Assembly: GCA_951406725.2 (NCBI GenBank)
Contig: OX597820.1
Location: 79,980,001-80,044,000 of the forward strand
Source: Octopus vulgaris
Taxonomy: Eukaryota
Direction of reading: 5' to 3'
DNA length: 64,000 bases
Every line of letters starts with the position of its first letter. Position 1 is the first letter of the stretch. The notes below the pieces were generated by a model that saw nothing but the letters and a program-made list of their open reading frames with translations, was not told where the DNA came from and ran no database searches. Made by a program: the position numbers and the translations under genes. Shown in pieces: positions 11,711-25,185 of this stretch.

Positions 11711-13046
11711 TAAAGCGCCGAAACACTTGCATGGTGGTGGTGGGGGCTTCTTCTCGAAAGACCCTTTGCTGCTCAGAACCCTCCGTCGAGTGTCATGTTA
11801 TATACATGTATATTCCCCATTGAGATGTATATATATTCGTTTACTCTAAAATCTCGCACGATCTCACGTGATTTTATTGTGTTTTTGTTTTTACCAAAGC
11901 TGCAGACGAACACCAATGTCCCATGTAGCAAACTTGAACAATTGCTGAGAGATATCAACTCTTCAAGTCCAGTCACTGAAACAAGTGAAAGACAAAGAAA
12001 TACTTTCCTAGTTACACTCTTTTTTTCTTCCCTGTTTCTTCGTTTCCTCCATCTGTGTGCACATTTCCAGGTACACACAAAATTAGACACGCACAAAAAA
12101 AAAAAAAAAGTTTGCTTATTACTAGAGAGAATCGTTGGTGTTTACAAATATTTCAGTTTTATTTTAGAGCAGAAGATGGATAATGTTAATTGCTGACTGT
12201 ACCGTCTCAAGTTGGAAGAAGCTAAATCTATGCAATGACTTGTCTCGTTGACGAGAACTACCTTAGCCTGATTAAGAAAAAAGCCATGAGGTATATGTGT
12301 TTCAGGGGACAACGGCTTTTACCGAAGACGCCATATAACTCACTAACGCGTAAAATGAGAGAAGACGTGACAACGATACATTCTAGAAAATGAGTCAGTC
12401 ATTTAAGGGTCTAAATTGAACCAACCGGATTTGATCAATTCACAGGTTCTCCGCATTTTACTTATTTCGAATAATTCTCAGTTCATAATTGATGAGCCTT
12501 CTTTTGCTAGATTCTTTGTTTTAAAATTTTTCTTTGCCAAGATTTACCGCCAGTTTTCAACTACGATATTCAATGAGGAAGCTATACATGAATATAAAGC
12601 TGTGCTGATGTATGACTTTAAAAAATTGAAGAGAAGACAAAATAAATACCACATAATTTGTATTAACAGTTCGTGTATTCTCTTCAAGATTTACCTTGTA
12701 CCTAAAATATCTTAGCATTGACCGTCAGATGGTGTATTTAAAATGTCACTGGAAGAATCCTGGCCATAGAAAACATTTTTTCTGCCTATTCATTAAGATT
12801 TCTTTCCCCCATAAATAACAATGACAATGTCTGCATCAACCAATTGGGGTCTCTAAGCAGTAGCTCGATCTGTTGGAAATAACAGCCAACGTCTTGGAAC
12901 TCACACTTTACTGTCTTAAAACGCCATATCTTGTCTTAGCTACATAACCATAGAGCTTGGCCATGAAATGAATGTTTTATAAGAGGTTTACTCTGGTTTA
13001 GACTTAAAGAACAATAACCCAGTAAGTCTGTGCACTTCATGAATAA

Positions 13047-13320
13047 AGGCGCGTGGCCTAGTATTTAGGGGCTGCACTTATGTTTGAAAGATCATGGTTT
13101 CGATCCTCAGTTTTGTTTTTGAGTAAAAAAACTCCATTTCACATGGCCTAAGTTGACCCAGTTTTAAATGAGTAACTCTGAAATGGTTTAGAGTCTTGTT
13201 CTGGTTGAATGTTTTGATCTCGGTCATATTCACGATGGGAACTGGTCAACCGGCCGGCCCTACTTGTCCTAGGACTCAAGACACTAATGACTAGGGGGTT
13301 AATGATGATGATGATGATGA
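13047..13320 (+). mobile_element. Degenerate S3-like SINE ending in (GAT)n
   Basis: ggcgcgtggcctagtatttaggg...ggtttcgatcc head. Confidence 0.6.
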
Positions 13321-13459
13321 CGATGTCGTGGTCTTCATGTATTCGTAACTTTATTTTCAATTCGAAGACGAAAGCATAACACGCTACTCAGGGTAACACC
13401 ACGGTGTAGGATTCTACTTGAAAGTATTTTTTTTCAACGTCAGTCGGGAAAACGTTTAC

Positions 13460-13574
13460 CGTTCGTTATCAATCAACAAATATCGAGGCTGGGAATCAGC
13501 TGCCTCACTCTCACCAATCTCACCAATATGGAGGACAACCTCAGAACTCATTGGCACTATCCCGTCCCCAACCA
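13460..13574 (-). CDS. Candidate internal coding exon (115 nt), product unknown
   Basis: Acceptor tttcttattattttgtcAG, donor cg|GTAAAC; one open frame VGDGIVPMSSEVVLHIGEIGESEAADSQPRYLLIDNER; the other two frames stop. Confidence 0.3.
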
Positions 13575-13794
13575 CTGACAAAATAATAAGAAAAAGATGC
13601 CTTGTTTCATGAAAGTATTCCTTTATATATTTAAGATTAAATGAAATTTCAAATGTTAGGCCCGTCCATCGCATCTTATAAGTAGCATGAGAATCGAACT
13701 CTCGATCCATCTTATTGGTGATCGTGATATTACTATTTGTATTATATTCATATTACTGTTTATTTTTTCGGCATATTTATCCTCTTTATCTCAT

Positions 13795-14180
13795 ATCTTT
13801 TACTTGCTTCAAGCATTGGACTGCGGCCATGCTGAGGCACCCTTCGAAGGGTTTAGTCGAGCAAGCCGACGTCAGTATTTACAATTTTAAAAGTTTGGTA
13901 CTTATTGATACCTATTCTATCGGTCTCTTTTGCTGAGCTGCTAATATTACAAGACGTAAACAAACCGACACCAGTTGTCAAATGATAGGTGAGGACAAAT
14001 GATAGGTGAGGACAAACACGGACAGAAAGGCACACCAGATCTACTCACACGGCATTTGCCGCCGCGGGTCTACAAATGTAGAAACATTTGCCTCAAGTGT
14101 TGTTCAGTGGGACTGAACCCCAGACCACGTGACTGTTTGAAAAGCGAGCTTCTTAACCGCACAGTCATTCCTGCTTTCAC
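13795..14180 (-). mobile_element. SINE S2, degenerate
   Basis: S2 tail and head motifs in reverse orientation. Confidence 0.8.
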
Positions 14181-15409
14181 CTGTAATTTATAGGTAGAAC
14201 GAATTGTAAAAATTAACAACAAATCATCACTTTACATAAAATTCAAGGTTGAAAAGACATAATTTCATGTTGGCGATTTTACACAATTTCCATAATTTAA
14301 TTAGTAGATAAAACTAATTTCTGTTTATATTTTATTCGAAAGAAATGATGAATCACCAAATGACCAAAAGGAAATGTTCAGCTCTAAGTACTTAATAACT
14401 GTATGACATTATTTCAGTGATTTATTTTAATGTTAAATTACGTTTTTTGTTGTTGTTTCCATTACAAATTTTATAAATTACTTTATATACAATTTTTGTA
14501 ATAAATCATGTTAACTTATCAATGATTTCATTTCTCCTTGGAGAACGAAATTCAAATGAACTTTAAAAGTGAAATCATATAGACACATATATGCACACAT
14601 ATACACATTTAAAAATACACGCATTCATAGAAACTTCGTTTTTCTTCACAATGGAACTCAGAAGATATAAAACTATGAATAATGGTGTGTAAATACTATG
14701 TTAAAAAAAAAAGCCACTGGATAGAAAAAGTTGAAGGCTGACTATCGGACTCAAAACTTGCTTTTCTACTAACATGAAAGACGTTCTACCATTGAATCAA
14801 ATCATCCATTTTAGAAGCTGAAGCAACCAAATGTGAGTGGAAGAGCGGCTGATACCGAATGAATTTCATAGTTTAGTTATGTCCCTTTACCGTAACTGCT
14901 TCTTCATTTTGAATTTTTAAAATGTTTTCTTGGGTCCAAGGATTCATAAGATCAGCTACTCGGTTGGTATCAAGATATAAACTGATATGAATATCATATT
15001 AATTAAAATGCTTTAGTGATGACGTCCAACAATATGCAATAAAGAGGATTATTTTGTTACACATGCACACACACATACATACATATGTGTGTGTGTGTAT
15101 TTTCTTATATACGTGTGTGTTTATGTGCGTGCTTATCTGAGTACGATTGAGTTATACACGTATGTGTAACTTTGTAAACTACTTTTTACGAGAATAAAAA
15201 AAATATAAAGCACTCACAGTCTTTCAGGACTTTACAATCTATCACAACTGCATTTTATTTTAGCAGCCTCGTTGATAGTACAAAGAAGGCATAACATGTG
15301 GGACGTTAAAGAAAATTTCCATTTCGTAGTAATTCTTCATATTTTCAAAGTTTCCAGTTGCACTTTATTAGCACTCAACAATGTTCTATTTAACACACTA
15401 TTCATTAGA

Positions 15410-15447
<38 letters not shown>

Positions 15448-15491
15448 ATATAATACATAAGTATGTAATATAATTTTTCTGAAACGTCAGA

Positions 15492-15688
<197 letters not shown>

Positions 15689-16694
15689 TAGAGAGAGAGA
15701 GAGAGATGATAGGTAGATATAAACATACATACACACACACACACAGACACATATATATGTATGTATATATACATATACATATATGTGTGTGCGTGTGTAT
15801 TTATATATATACATATATTTACACACACACAGACATATGTATATATATGCATGAATGTAAAATGCATGTATATATATACATATGTGTGTGTGTGTGTGTG
15901 TGTATGTGTATATATATATTTATATATCTGTATATATGTATGTATATGTAAATATAATATGTATATATAAGTTTTTTAAAAGCAAATTGGCATGATGGAA
16001 GACAACGTCTGTTTAAGCACTTTCTCTATACGTTCGATAACAGTTGTCCTTAGTTCCGACTTAGTTCTGGATTTAAAATCTTTGTACAAAATTCTTTTGT
16101 TTTCTTAATTGATAAATCGTTCCTATATTTTGAAAAAGAATATATTTTGAATTTCCAGTTAGCACAAAGGTGTAGAGTTTCACAACCAGGAACATTCCTA
16201 GCCGAAGGACCTTCCATCTGTTCTCTGTACTCTGGCTCAGTCCAGTAATTCGCTTCGTATTTGGCCAATATCGTTCTCATTTCACTATGGGCATGTAATA
16301 CAAAAAATGGGATATTTTCTGTAAATTTGATAATTGGTGTAAGATGACTGGCTATCATTTTGATAGATGTAAAACGTTGTGGTTTCTGGAAGTGTAGGTT
16401 ACTACAAGTGGAATATTTTTGTTTGTATCTTTCGCCACATGGTGAGAAATTCTCCGTAGATCAGGAATTAGGATTTGTTTTGCTTTGATTATGGCATTAT
16501 TTTTTGGTATTTTTGTCTCTGGAGAAATAACATTTTTTTTTAGTTACCCCCAGAGACAAACATGTCTGGAAAACTTAATATGTAAATTATCCAGAATAAT
16601 CTGAACGTGGAACAAATGATACTGTTTGAAATATTTTATAGGAAGAGCATAAGAGAAAACGAATTGCGGGGTGTGGGGAGAGTATCTACTCGTT

Positions 16695-16732
<38 letters not shown>

Positions 16733-16784
16733 GACACACACACACACACATGTATATATAAATACACACTCACACACACGTGCA

Positions 16785-16839
<55 letters not shown>

Positions 16840-16844
16840 ATGTA

Positions 16845-16886
<42 letters not shown>

Positions 16887-17108
16887 AACACTATGCCTTC
16901 AAAAGGACGTAAAACATACAATTCTAACAGGTACAACAGTTGAATACGACAGATAAACACACAAATATATTTATCTCTTTATCATCTATTAAATCTGAGA
17001 CTAGAAGACTGTCTGTTTTGCATAAAGAACAAGAGTGAGAAAAGAAATAAAACTTACGAAGTGTCAATTTGATAGAAGAAAGTGTCTATAAAAAAGAGGC
17101 AGGGTAGG

Positions 17109-17191
<83 letters not shown>

Positions 17192-17234
17192 TTATATATA
17201 TATATATTTATATATATATATATATATATTTATA

Positions 17235-17272
<38 letters not shown>

Positions 17273-17851
17273 GAAATGAAGAAAATGCTGACAAATAATT
17301 GAAGTAATTTAAGTAATTTAATTAGGTGAAAGTTCTTTTTACCGGTTGCGCATTTGTTATGCTTATCAAAATATAAAAGAGAGATTAGAGTTCCTTTCTT
17401 ATAGAATTTTTCCTCTTATCTGACTTTATGTTGGGTTTGCTGTCTCTTATATGTGAAAAAAGAGGCTCCAGAGTTGTTTTGGATTTGCTTGGTTTCGCGC
17501 CTAAAATTTTGATTGGTCATTATGAAGGGGTCACGTGAATGTTTGAATGGAAGTTGGTGTTGGGGTAAGAAAAAAGGCTCCAGAGAAGTTAAAATTTGGC
17601 TAGTGTCCCGCCTAAAATTTCTTATTGGCCATAATAAAGAGGTCACGTGAATGTTTAGAATTTTCGAAAATAGTGTTGTTGAAAATTCTTATTGTTCAGG
17701 CTGGTCAGTAGACGTCATGTGGATATTTTAAATAGCTTTTTAGCGCGTAGTTAGGGAGTGTATTTTCCGCTTGACTGGATAAGTAAGTTCGTTTAGAACA
17801 GGGAGAGCTGTATGTATGTATGTGTGTGCGCGCGCGCACACACATACATAT

Positions 17852-17888
17852 ATTTTGATAAGCATAACAAATGCGCAACCGGTAAAAA
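17852..17888 (+). ncRNA. Degenerate hammerhead motif, family G (identical inverted copy at 17336-17372)
   Basis: tt-TTGATAA-GCAT aacaa ATGC-GCAA-ccgg-TA-aa: correct topology with palindromic ACCGGT but three core substitutions. Confidence 0.5.
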
Positions 17889-17993
17889 GAACTTTCACCT
17901 AATTAAATTACTTAAATTACTTCAATTATTTGTCAGCATTTTCTTCATTTCCTTTTTTATATATCACCACTCGTGTTCGACATCTCCTTTTTT

Positions 17994-18058
<65 letters not shown>

Positions 18059-18815
18059 TCTTATATGAGACATTATTATTATCGGTTGAATTAGGTACTT
18101 AAATTGAAGCACCAAGTCAGACAGGTATTATCCGCATACTGGAAATAAGGTTAATAAAATCAAAATTAGCAACAGGATATCAAGTAGTGATGCAGTACGA
18201 CCTAATAATTAATTAATTAAGAAACAAGAATGCTATTAAACTGATTCTACATAATCTTCCTTTTTAATCTTTATACTTGATACATCCACATCTTTTAGCT
18301 ATTTTGGTTATGTTATCATTTGGAATTCATAAATTTTATCTTTATACAACATAACAATATTGTTTATAAACGTTCCACCATCATGCCCCTGATAAAATTT
18401 CCTTGTGTTAGCATCTTAATTTTCTTTGTGTCTTGCCCCTTTAACTGGTTATGAATATCATAATTTAAAATCTACCCCTACCCTGCTTCTTTTTTTATAG
18501 ACAGTTTCTTCTATCAAATTGACTCTTCTTAATGTTTTATTTCTTTTCTCACTCTTGTTCTTTATTCAAAATAGACACAGTCTTCTAGTCTCAGATTTAA
18601 TAGATGATAAAGAGATAAATAAATTAGAAATGAATTACAACCCTTACAATCCTATGACCCCACTATGCACAATACGATTCTAAGAAATTGTAGTCTATTC
18701 TTAACCACTTTCCTGCAATAGCGACAACATAAGTTTCTTCCATTGTCGTAATCTGTTGAAATGTTTAAGAAAAATTATATTAATGTGTCCTACTTGTGAA
18801 AAATTCTATATTTTG

Positions 18816-18901
18816 TGTAGCTGAAGATAGCACTGCATTTAAATTGATGTAATGATTGCATTGCTCAATTAAATGGAGTCGCTTGAAACGATCGTACTGC
18901 A
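18816..18901 (+). ncRNA. Type-I hammerhead ribozyme, family C, core intact
   Basis: TGTAG-CTGAAGA-[long stem II: cattt..attga/tcaattaaatg, gtaatg/cattgc]-GAAAC-GATC-GTA-CTGCA. Confidence 0.8.
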
Positions 18902-18934
18902 TTATTACTATTTGATATTCTGTTGATTATTTTG

Positions 18935-18977
<43 letters not shown>

Positions 18978-19009
18978 ATGTGTGTGTGTGTGTGTGTGTG
19001 TCCACTCAA

Positions 19010-19280
19010 CTGACGAGGCTCCGACAGGGGTTGGTGGTGAACCTTGCTGTACTCTTCCATCACATCTTTCACTCTTTCTTCCTGTTTCTGTTGTACCTGT
19101 AATTCAAAGATCCAGCCTTGTCACATTCTGTGTTACGCCGAATCTCCCTAAGAACTATGTTAAGAATACATGTGTCTGTAGAGTGCTTAGCCACTTGTAC
19201 GTTGATTTCATGATCAAGCTGTTCCATTGATTGGCTCAACTGGAAGCCACGTTATCGAAATCGACGGAATGCCAGCTGTT
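19010..19280 (+). mobile_element. SINE S3 variant, 5'-truncated
   Basis: gaggctccgacaggggttggtggtgaaccttgctgtactc; body resembles 48080-48400. Confidence 0.7.
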
Positions 19281-19307
19281 ATATGCATACATACAATACA
19301 TACATAA

Positions 19308-19338
<31 letters not shown>

Positions 19339-19363
19339 AATATACATGCATACAAGCATACAA

Positions 19364-19407
<44 letters not shown>

Positions 19408-19684
19408 ATATATATATATATATGTATATATGCATATATGTATGTTTGTATGTATGTGTGCATCTATGTAGATATATATATATGTGTATGTTCATGTATG
19501 TATGTATGTATGTATGTATATATATATGTGTATATATATATATAGTGAATGGAAGAAATGGAGTTGAACGAAGATTGTACAGAATTCCTTGCTGTGATTT
19601 TTGCTACCCAGGTATCGGTTAAACTTTTGAATAATCCGTTACAAGATAATTCATCTTTCCATTTCAACAAACATATATATATAT

Positions 19685-19738
<54 letters not shown>

Positions 19739-19854
19739 CTATATATAAGCAGAAACTCACGCATACTCACACATAGATATATACATGCATACACATTTGC
19801 ATACATATATACACACGTAACCGATGCATATTGACGAGTCGAGGAGAGAAGTTG

Positions 19855-19889
<35 letters not shown>

Positions 19890-19913
19890 GGAAAGAGAGA
19901 GTGACAGAAAGAG

Positions 19914-19949
<36 letters not shown>

Positions 19950-20439
19950 CAATCAGACAGTCAGAAAGACAGAGGCCGAGATAGAGAGAAAGAGCGAGAA
20001 AATGAGGGATGGAGAGAGAAAGAGAGATAAAAAAAGTGAGCTTTTATCTTTATTCAAGTATATTGAATAATCTTAAGTGGTGGCGGTGGTATGTGTTATC
20101 AATCATTTAGACAAATAGTAAATTCGACAGTGTGAAAAATGTCTGAGCAAAACGGCAAAGTATGGGCATGGAATATCAAATACCAACTCATTGTCGATGT
20201 AGAAAGACAAAAATGTATCAAGGTGTGAGTTTATGTCTCATTCTATAGACATAAATACACTTAGGCTCGTCTATAAGAGAAGACTGTAGGTAAATGAATG
20301 GGTGTTTATTCGTCTATATATGTACTTGAATGAGTGAATATGTGTGAGTGCGCGCGCGTGTGTATAAGTATATATATGTCTATTTATTTGTGTATATAAT
20401 AATGATAATAAAAAAATAATAATAATAATAATAATGATA

Positions 20440-20655
20440 ATGGTTACAAATTTTGCCACAAGAGAATCAGTTTTTTTGTGGCGGAGGAGATTGAGTCGGT
20501 TACATCGACCCCAGTGTTCAACTGGTACATATTTTATCGACCCTGAAAGGAGGAAAGATAAAGTCGACCTCGGCGGAATTTGAACTCAGAACGCAGCGAT
20601 GAGCGAAATACCGCTAAGCATTTCGTCCAGCGTGCTAACGATTCTGCCAACTCGT
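20440..20655 (-). mobile_element. SINE S1
   Basis: aaagtcgacctcggcggaatttgaactcagaacg. Confidence 0.85.
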
Positions 20656-20664
20656 TGCATTATC

Positions 20665-20711
<47 letters not shown>

Positions 20712-20736
20712 TATTATTATTATTATTATTATTATA

Positions 20737-21070
20737 AGGGGAGCATCAGATCCATGTGTTGAGAGGAATTCTTTGGGGTTTGGATAATTCACCTTTGGAA
20801 ACATGGGTGTTTCGTTTAACATCCTTAAACAACCCTTATTCAGGGACTTTTGAGCAGGATGGGCTACTCGACCTGTAGAAAATTCAAACTGGGCCCCACC
20901 TCGAGGTCATGCACTGCTAATCTTGATATGAGGTCACCATGTCGCTCACATGTGGTTGTGAGGCATGTGCCTGGTGTACCCTTATCAGATGGATTGTCAT
21001 GATGGTTATACTGGGCTTCGCATATTTGTATCCCAGTGTCACTCTGATGGCATGCACTGCTCTCTCACTC
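20737..21070 (+). mobile_element. T560 element, 5'-truncated
   Basis: Matches the 3' ~330 bp of 58249-58762; ends cactgctctctcactc(aat)n. Confidence 0.9.
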
Positions 21071-21193
21071 AATAATAATAATGACCTGTAGAAGACACAC
21101 GAGATGTCAAATTATCGTTCACTTGATGACAATGGCACTCTTCTCTGTTTTTGCTTCTATGTCTTCTGGGGGGAGTTACCTTAATCCTATAAA

Positions 21194-21264
<71 letters not shown>

Positions 21265-21265
<1 letters not shown>

Positions 21266-21622
21266 CGCCAGCAGATGACAACGTGTCTCTAAAAGAAATG
21301 GAGAAATTTTCAAAATACAAAGACCTGGAAACAGAGGTAACTAGAATGTGGAATATGAAAACAGAAACAATTCCTATTATAGTAGGTGCATTAGGCATGA
21401 TAAAAAAATATTCAGACAAATACATAACAAAAACATCAGGACTTACAAACACACATAACATACAGAAAATTGCACTACTAGGCACTGCACACATCCTACG
21501 CAGAATACTTTCAATACAGTAACCATCAGAGCATCACAACAAATCACAGTGCATACCCAAGGCACACAGTGCTGCGCTCAGTAGTGGAGGGAAAATACGT
21601 TATAAAAATAAAACTACTGAAT
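21265..21622 (+). mobile_element. RLE-type LINE 3' fragment
   Basis: PADDNVSLKEMEKFSKYKDLETEVTRMW...IPIIVGALG...LLGTAHILRRIL; close match to 59728-60077. Confidence 0.92.
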
Positions 21623-21644
21623 GATAATAATAATGATAATGATA

Positions 21645-21784
21645 ATATGTGCATCCCTTATCACGAGCAGAAGTAGTGGGAGAGCATCATAGCAATGTGT
21701 TCATGACTACACGTCTGATGAGTATACTGCGTTTCGAATATTTAACCCCAGTGTCAATTTGATGGTATCCGCTGCTCTCTCGCT
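21645..21784 (+). mobile_element. T560 element, internally deleted
   Basis: atcacgagcagaagtagtggg... joined to the 3' end cccagtgtcaatttgatgg...ctctctcgctc(aat)n. Confidence 0.75.
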
Positions 21785-21785
21785 C

Positions 21786-21855
<70 letters not shown>

Positions 21856-21862
21856 GTATCAC

Positions 21863-21904
<42 letters not shown>

Positions 21905-21906
<2 letters not shown>

Positions 21907-22774
21907 TATGTTTGAATTTTGCTTGATGTCTGTACAAGTTGGCTCCAAGTCTCACCCAGAGACCTCAAGAGACAACAGGTTGGAAGTTCACGTTGTTGTT
22001 ATGCCTAGTGCGCCATATATTTGGGTTTTTTTGGTGTTGTACTAGTGAATGTCTAATACATAAAAAAAAAAGTTTGTTTAAAAAAAAAAGTTTGTTTTAA
22101 ACCTTGGGATTACATAGAGAGTATTTTGCGTAGGATATGAGCAGATCCCATGTGCACTATCTTTTGAATTTCTGCCATTTTGGGGTTTCCTGGTATCTGA
22201 GTTAGGTAGCAATCAGTCCCTTTCGCTATCATTCCCAGGGCACCTATGACAACAGGTATTGTTTTAGTCTTCAGCTTCCACATTTTGCTGATTTCTATTT
22301 CAAGATCTTTATATTTGCTCAGTTTTTGGTAGGTCTTGACAGATACGTTTATATCGATTGGGACAGTCTTATCAATGAGGAGGCATGTTCTTTGTCTGAA
22401 GTCTTTCAATATGATGTCTGGCCTATTTGCATCTGTCTTTCTGTCAGTTTGAATGGTGAAGTTCCAGAGGAGTGAGATGTGGTCATTTTCAAGCACTGGA
22501 GGTGGATTGTGTTCCCACCAGTTTTTTTCATGGGGCAAATCCAGGTTTTTGCAAATTACCCAGTGAATATATTGTGCAGCTCTATCATGCCTGTTGAGGT
22601 ACTCTGTAGGCGCTAGAAGACTGCATTTGGAGACAACATGATCAATGGTTTCATTTTGTTGTCCGCATACACGACATGTTGGGCTACTGCCGTTCTTTAG
22701 TATGTTGGCCTGATAGTTTCTTGTTGGTAGGCATTGACCTTGAGCTGCTATGATAAACCCCTCTGTTTCAGATT
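21905..22774 (-). mobile_element. RLE-type (R4/Dong-like) LINE 3' fragment with an intact CCHC plus RLE frame
   Basis: ORF 22110-22790: ETEGFIIAAQ, CRVC..ETIDHVVSKC, RHD, RPDI, LID, KLSKYKDL, PVVIGALG; (TTA)n on both sides. Confidence 0.95.
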
Positions 22775-22775
22775 T

Positions 22776-23023
<248 letters not shown>

Positions 23024-23974
23024 AATTTTTTTCCTTCTTTCTTCAAATTTTCTTCCGTTTCTCGCCGAGTGTTTTTAGGTGTACGGAAAACACTCGGCGA
23101 GAAACGGAAGAAAATTTGAAGAAAGAAGGGAAAAATAATAATAGTGATACACTCACACACACATACGCATATATAAATGTATATTGTGTTTGAACACATC
23201 TTTCAATTTTAAGTAACGACGTTTATGCTACCGACAATAATGTAGGTAAATGTGTGTAGGTATAGAAATTTGCAGAGAAATATTTCTCTGGTTGTTAACA
23301 TGTTAAGTCATAGATCTGTCATCTTGCTTCTATGTAAAGTATGAAAAATGATACTACGACGTTACTTCTAAAACACACGCCATTGTCATTTCACTAACAA
23401 AACATAACCTGAAACACAAAAATGAAAACATTTACATTAACAGGCATCGTGACTTCACTTGTCTGTCCTCCTGTTTACTTTTATATGTATGTATGTACGT
23501 ATGTATGTATGTATGTATGTATGTATGTATGTATGTATGTATGTATGTATGTATGTATGTATGTATATATACACACGCACAGACACATACATATACATAT
23601 GTATACGTATAAACACACACATGCACACCCGCATAAATACACATTTATACATGCATACATATAAATACATACACATACATAACGGATGCCTATTGACGAG
23701 ACGGATAGAGAAGTGGGTGCGTATGTATTTATGTGTGTGGGAAGAGAAAGAAAGAAGAGGAGGGAAGGAGTCTGCTTAATGTTTCTTTAACGAAGTATTT
23801 GAAACAATGCTACATATCAAAATAATGCTTCTACATCTCCATTCAGAGTTGAGGGCCGCCATCTATTCATGACCAAGTATACTCTAGTTATACGCTGGTC
23901 CAGAGGTTCCCAACCTTTTCACATGAGTTTTCACATGGACCTCTTTTAATATGCCTATCCTTCTGTATATATTG

Positions 23975-24255
23975 CTGTTTGTTCCTTCTCGAGCCATGCC
24001 TGGCTCATAAGGGTCGGTCACCCGGTCTCCTTGGCATATAGGTTCCCCACCTGGACGGGACGCCGGTCTGTCGCAGGTGAGCTGCAAGATGCAGGAGGAA
24101 AGAGTGAGAGAAAGTTGTGGCGAAAGAGTCAGCAGAAGTTCGCCATTACCTTCTGCCGGAGCCGCGTGGAGCTTAGGTGTTTTGCTCATAAACACACACT
24201 CGCGATCCCTCGACCGCGAGTTCGCTGCTCTAACCACTAGGCTTAGTACCTCCAC
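23975..24255 (-). mobile_element. SINE S3 (tRNA head; V-domain-like segment)
   Basis: Reverse complement contains cctgcgacagaccggcgtcccgtccaggtgggg; similar to 37862-38168 and 35575-35853. Confidence 0.85.
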
Positions 24256-24373
24256 TCTGTGTGTGTGTATATATATATATATATATGAAATTTTTAATTT
24301 AGTTCACGGACCCCCGGTACTACCTTTTATTTAAATGAGTTTTTCCCATGGACCTGTTTTAATATGCTTATCC

Positions 24374-24437
<64 letters not shown>

Positions 24438-24444
24438 ATGTATA

Positions 24445-24577
24445 GATGCAATTTACAGAAACACAAAAGACAAAGACAGGTATATAAACAACAAGCAGGT
24501 GTATTAGTTTAACGCTCGTTAATGTGAGAGAAAGTTTGTTACGTTTAGAGCCTACGCTCTTCATCAGAAAGGAACAC
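24445..24577 (-). mobile_element. Short HHR-bearing element, family B (HHR at 24536-24571)
   Basis: Reverse complement cttt-CTGATGA-a-GAGC gtag GCTC-TAAA-cg-TA; homologous to 55266-55397. Confidence 0.7.
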
Positions 24578-24789
24578 CCCACCCACACACATGTATATAT
24601 GAAATTTTGAATTTAGTTCATGGACCCCCGATACTACCTTTGCGGACCCCAGTTGGGGAATCACAGTGCTAGTTTAATAGGGTATTGATTAGTGAGACCC
24701 ACTTCAATGTAATTTCAGATAGTTTGGCAATGTTCCGTCATTGAAATGTCTATAATTTTGTGTCTAAAACAAACATTTTAGAATTACTA

Positions 24790-25185
24790 TCTTTCATCTT
24801 TCATCTTTCCCTTGTTTCAGTCATTAACCTGCGGCCATGCTGGGGCATCCCACTGGAGAATTTTTAGACGAATGAATCAACCCCAGAACTTACATTGCTT
24901 TTAAGGCTGGTACTTATTCTAGCGGTCTGTTTTGCCGAACCACTAAGTTACGGGGGCATGAACAGACCATCACTGGTTGTCAAGCGGGGAAACAAACACA
25001 CACAAGTACGCACAGTCATATACATACGATGGGCTTCTTTCAGTTTCCGCCGACCAAATCCACCCGCAAGGCTTTTAGTCGGCCCGAGACTGTATTAAAG
25101 ACAGTTAACCACCTTGCAGTGGGACTGAATCCGGAACCATGTGATTGGGAAGCAAATATCTTATCCCACAACCGTACCTGCGCCT
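24790..25185 (-). mobile_element. SINE S2
   Basis: Full set of S2 motifs in reverse. Confidence 0.85.

Larger units (their letters stand above)
16969..18930. mobile_element. Nested fold-back complex of HHR-bearing (Penelope-like) elements
   Basis: Inverted pairs 16969-17110/18473-18620, 17261-17375/17848-17964 and 18171-18202/18890-18924; HHR motifs at 17336-17372, 17852-17888 and 18816-18901. Confidence 0.75.
23900..24668. mobile_element. hAT-like MITE with an internal duplication and nested insertions
   Basis: Starts cagaggttcccaacctttt and ends ggaccccagttggggaatcacag; duplicated blocks 23923-23970/24335-24382 and 24283-24327/24597-24641. Confidence 0.55.

Noticed and set aside
14725-14810. 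tRNA-like trace on the minus strand
   Set aside because: A/B boxes too degenerate and no cloverleaf; at most an old SINE head
16050-16358. 102-aa ORF with protein-like composition
   Set aside because: No recognisable motif or convincing exon boundaries
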